Positions 60,637 to 61,627 of a stretch of 61,627 nt of DNA are shown here, piece by piece (the first letter of the stretch is position 1; each line of letters starts with the position of its first letter). The DNA is from Myxococcota bacterium (lineage in GTDB: Bacteria; Myxococcota_A; UBA9160; UBA4427), in the NCBI GenBank assembly GCA_036336835.1, contig JAYZFK010000078.1:1-61627 (forward strand), written 5' to 3'. The notes beneath the pieces are model-generated. The model searched no databases, had not been told where the DNA came from, and worked only from the letters and a program-made list of their open reading frames with translations. Both the position numbers and the translations under genes were made by a program.

Positions 60637-61176
60637 CTAGCGTTCGGGCAGCGCGCAGACTGCGCCCTCCGAGAAGCCGCCAGGCGCGACGCCGAACACC
60701 CGATTGAAGCGGGCGCGCTGGTTCTCCCAGGCGATCGCGCTGGCGAGCTCGACCAGCTCGGCCTCGTCGAACTCGCTGCGCAATCGGCGGCCCAGCTCCT
60801 CTGGGATGTCGGCCGGTAGCTGGGCCATTGCGACCGCGAGATCCAGCACCAGCCGCTCCCGCTCGTCGAAGACCGGGCTCTGTGCGTAGTCCGTCAGGCC
60901 CAGCAGCTGCTCGTTCGAGATTCCGTTCGCCCTGCTCACGGCAGAGCCGATGTCGAGTCAGAACGGACAGCCGACGAGGGCGCTCGTCTTCACCTGGGCC
61001 AATACCTTCAGGCGTGCATCGACCCGGTTGCTGGCGAGCTGACCGAACTCGAACACGCTCGTCCCCAACAGAATGGCCGGACGTTTTCGCTGCAGCGCCA
61101 GCGGCTCGCGCATCCCGCTGCCCTGCGCCCCCGACACGATGGCCAGCAGACTGCGGATCTTCGCCAGGAGTCCCAT
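60637..61176 (-). CDS. AhpD/CMD-like protein; selenocysteine at codon 73 (CPFU; TGA at 60960-60958)
   Basis: ORFs 60958-61176 and 60637-60939 share a frame: LAQVKTSALVGCPF-U-LDIGSAVSRANG...ELASAIAWENQRARFN; AAGGAG RBS. Confidence 0.88.
60929..60947 (-). promoter_or_regulatory. Putative SECIS hairpin
   Basis: GCTCTGC-CGTGA-GCAGGGC stem-loop starting at the 11th nt after the UGA; G/U-containing loop. Confidence 0.65.
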
Positions 61177-61241
61177 GCGCCTCTCCTTCGAGGTGTAGTG
61201 TTCGTATTCTTCACGTCCTCGCTACCGATCGGAAGACTCGA

Positions 61242-61627
61242 ATGTCCCAGTCCGAACCCGCCGCCGAGAGCGCCCGCGTTCTCGATGCAATGACCATCGT
61301 GCTCGGTCTGTTCGGTCTCGGCAACCTCGCCAACGGGATCTGGATGCTCGCCGCGCCTGTGCACTGGTACTACACGCTGCCGGCCGCCGTTCCGGACTTC
61401 GGGCCGCTCAACGAGCACTTCATCCGGGATATCGGGTGCATCTTCACGCTGCTGGGTGTGGCGCTGGTCGGTGCTGCCTTCCGACCGAGCTGGCGCATCG
61501 CCGCCACGGCCACGGCGGCCGGATTCTCGCTGCTCCACGCACTCGTCCACGTAGTCGACACCGTCCGTGGCCTGGTCGGCCCCGAGCACTGGATGATCGA
61601 CGCGCCCGGTGTCTACGCGCCGGCCGT
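61242..61627 (+). CDS. Conserved-looking membrane protein, 3'-partial
   Basis: Open to the window end: ANGIWMLAAPVHWY...FGPLNEHFIRDIG...HALVH; not in the ORF track because it has no stop. Confidence 0.65.
   Translation, partial: MSQSEPAAESARVLDAMTIVLGLFGLGNLANGIWMLAAPVHWYYTLPAAVPDFGPLNEHFIRDIGCIFTLLGVALVGAAFRPSWRIAATATAAGFSLLHALVHVVDTVRGLVGPEHWMIDAPGVYAPA

Overview
GC-rich bacterial chromosomal window with about 55 genes. I see no transposase, integrase, prophage or CRISPR array. Gene content (sigma54 activator, F420-type LLM enzyme, P450s, BVMO, many GT-C proteins) tentatively suggests an uncultivated Myxococcota/deltaproteobacterial-type organism. Main observations: (1) Three genes that the ORF track truncates or splits are probable selenoproteins. 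Each has an in-frame UGA at a catalytic Cys position followed by a SECIS-like hairpin: ArsC (4964-5317, U12) and two AhpD/CMD-like proteins with CxxU motifs (6172-6702, 60637-61176). (2) A dispersed envelope-glycosylation toolkit: nine GT-C-type membrane glycosyltransferases (including TMTC-like and STT3/AglB-like members), three sulfatase-fold domains with Thr in place of the formylglycine Cys/Ser (one fused to a GT-C), and a NoeA-like kinase-methyltransferase. (3) A putative sigma54 operon of two paralogous 2TM histidine kinases, an NtrC-family regulator and PspA, with a -24/-12 promoter and an upstream palindrome. (4) tRNA-Arg with the uncommon GCG anticodon, a zinc-free S14/L31B/L28 operon, a type-2 ValRS, lipid/steroid catabolic genes and several operator-like palindromes. 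All family calls come from motif recognition by eye; no searches were run.
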